Below, in pieces: positions 63,930 through 64,000 of a stretch of 64,000 nt of DNA. Made by a program: the position numbers and the translations under genes. The DNA comes from Haliotis rufescens. Its lineage: Eukaryota. Each line of letters begins with the position of its first letter. Positions within the stretch are counted from its first letter, which is position 1. The DNA lies in the NCBI RefSeq assembly GCF_023055435.1, contig NW_025964334.1, positions 46,066,001 to 46,130,000 on the forward strand, given 5' to 3'. The notes beneath the pieces are model-generated. The model made no database searches, was not told where the DNA came from, and worked only from the letters and a program-made list of their open reading frames with translations.

Positions 63930-64000
63930 AAAGACCTCCGAAGATCCGAGGAGAGAATTGGTCTTCAGCAACCCATGCTTGCCGTAAGAAGCGACTATGC
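63930..64000 (+). mobile_element. Start of a SINE-like dispersed repeat, truncated by window end
   Basis: gaagatcc...gtcttcagcaacccatgcttgccgtaagaagcgacta; weak reverse match to the end of the 42768-42930 element (cctcttacaagcatgg). Confidence 0.45.

Overview
Eukaryotic, repeat-rich invertebrate DNA; the tRNA-derived SINEs with (ACTC)n tails suggest a mollusc, possibly abalone-like (inference, not confirmed). Host genes: (1) a complete minus-strand inositol-3-phosphate synthase gene (ISYNA1/INO1) with 3 coding exons (51898-51487, 51101-50455, 48774-48163; 556 aa) and a probable non-coding first exon plus CCAAT/TATA promoter near 63.1-63.26 kb; (2) a probable first coding exon of an eh1-motif transcriptional repressor (7212-7032, minus), the rest of which seems to lie left of the window. 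The most striking structure is a nest at 23.2-31.5 kb: a decayed Academ-like transposase, part of which was amplified into an 84/91-bp minisatellite, into which an intact 6.3-kb I-group LINE inserted. The LINE has a CCHC ORF1, an APE-RT-RNaseH ORF2 with no usable AUG, a (TAAG)n tail and an extremely G-poor sense strand. About 18 kb (~29%) of the window is unrelated local minisatellites, one of which multiplies the ISYNA1 splice donor seven-fold. Also present: several SINE families with TSDs, non-autonomous DNA transposons (TTAA/Kolobok-like, hAT-like), Gypsy RT and DIRS recombinase fossils, and a 253-nt N gap. Most ORFs in the supplied track are repeat artefacts.
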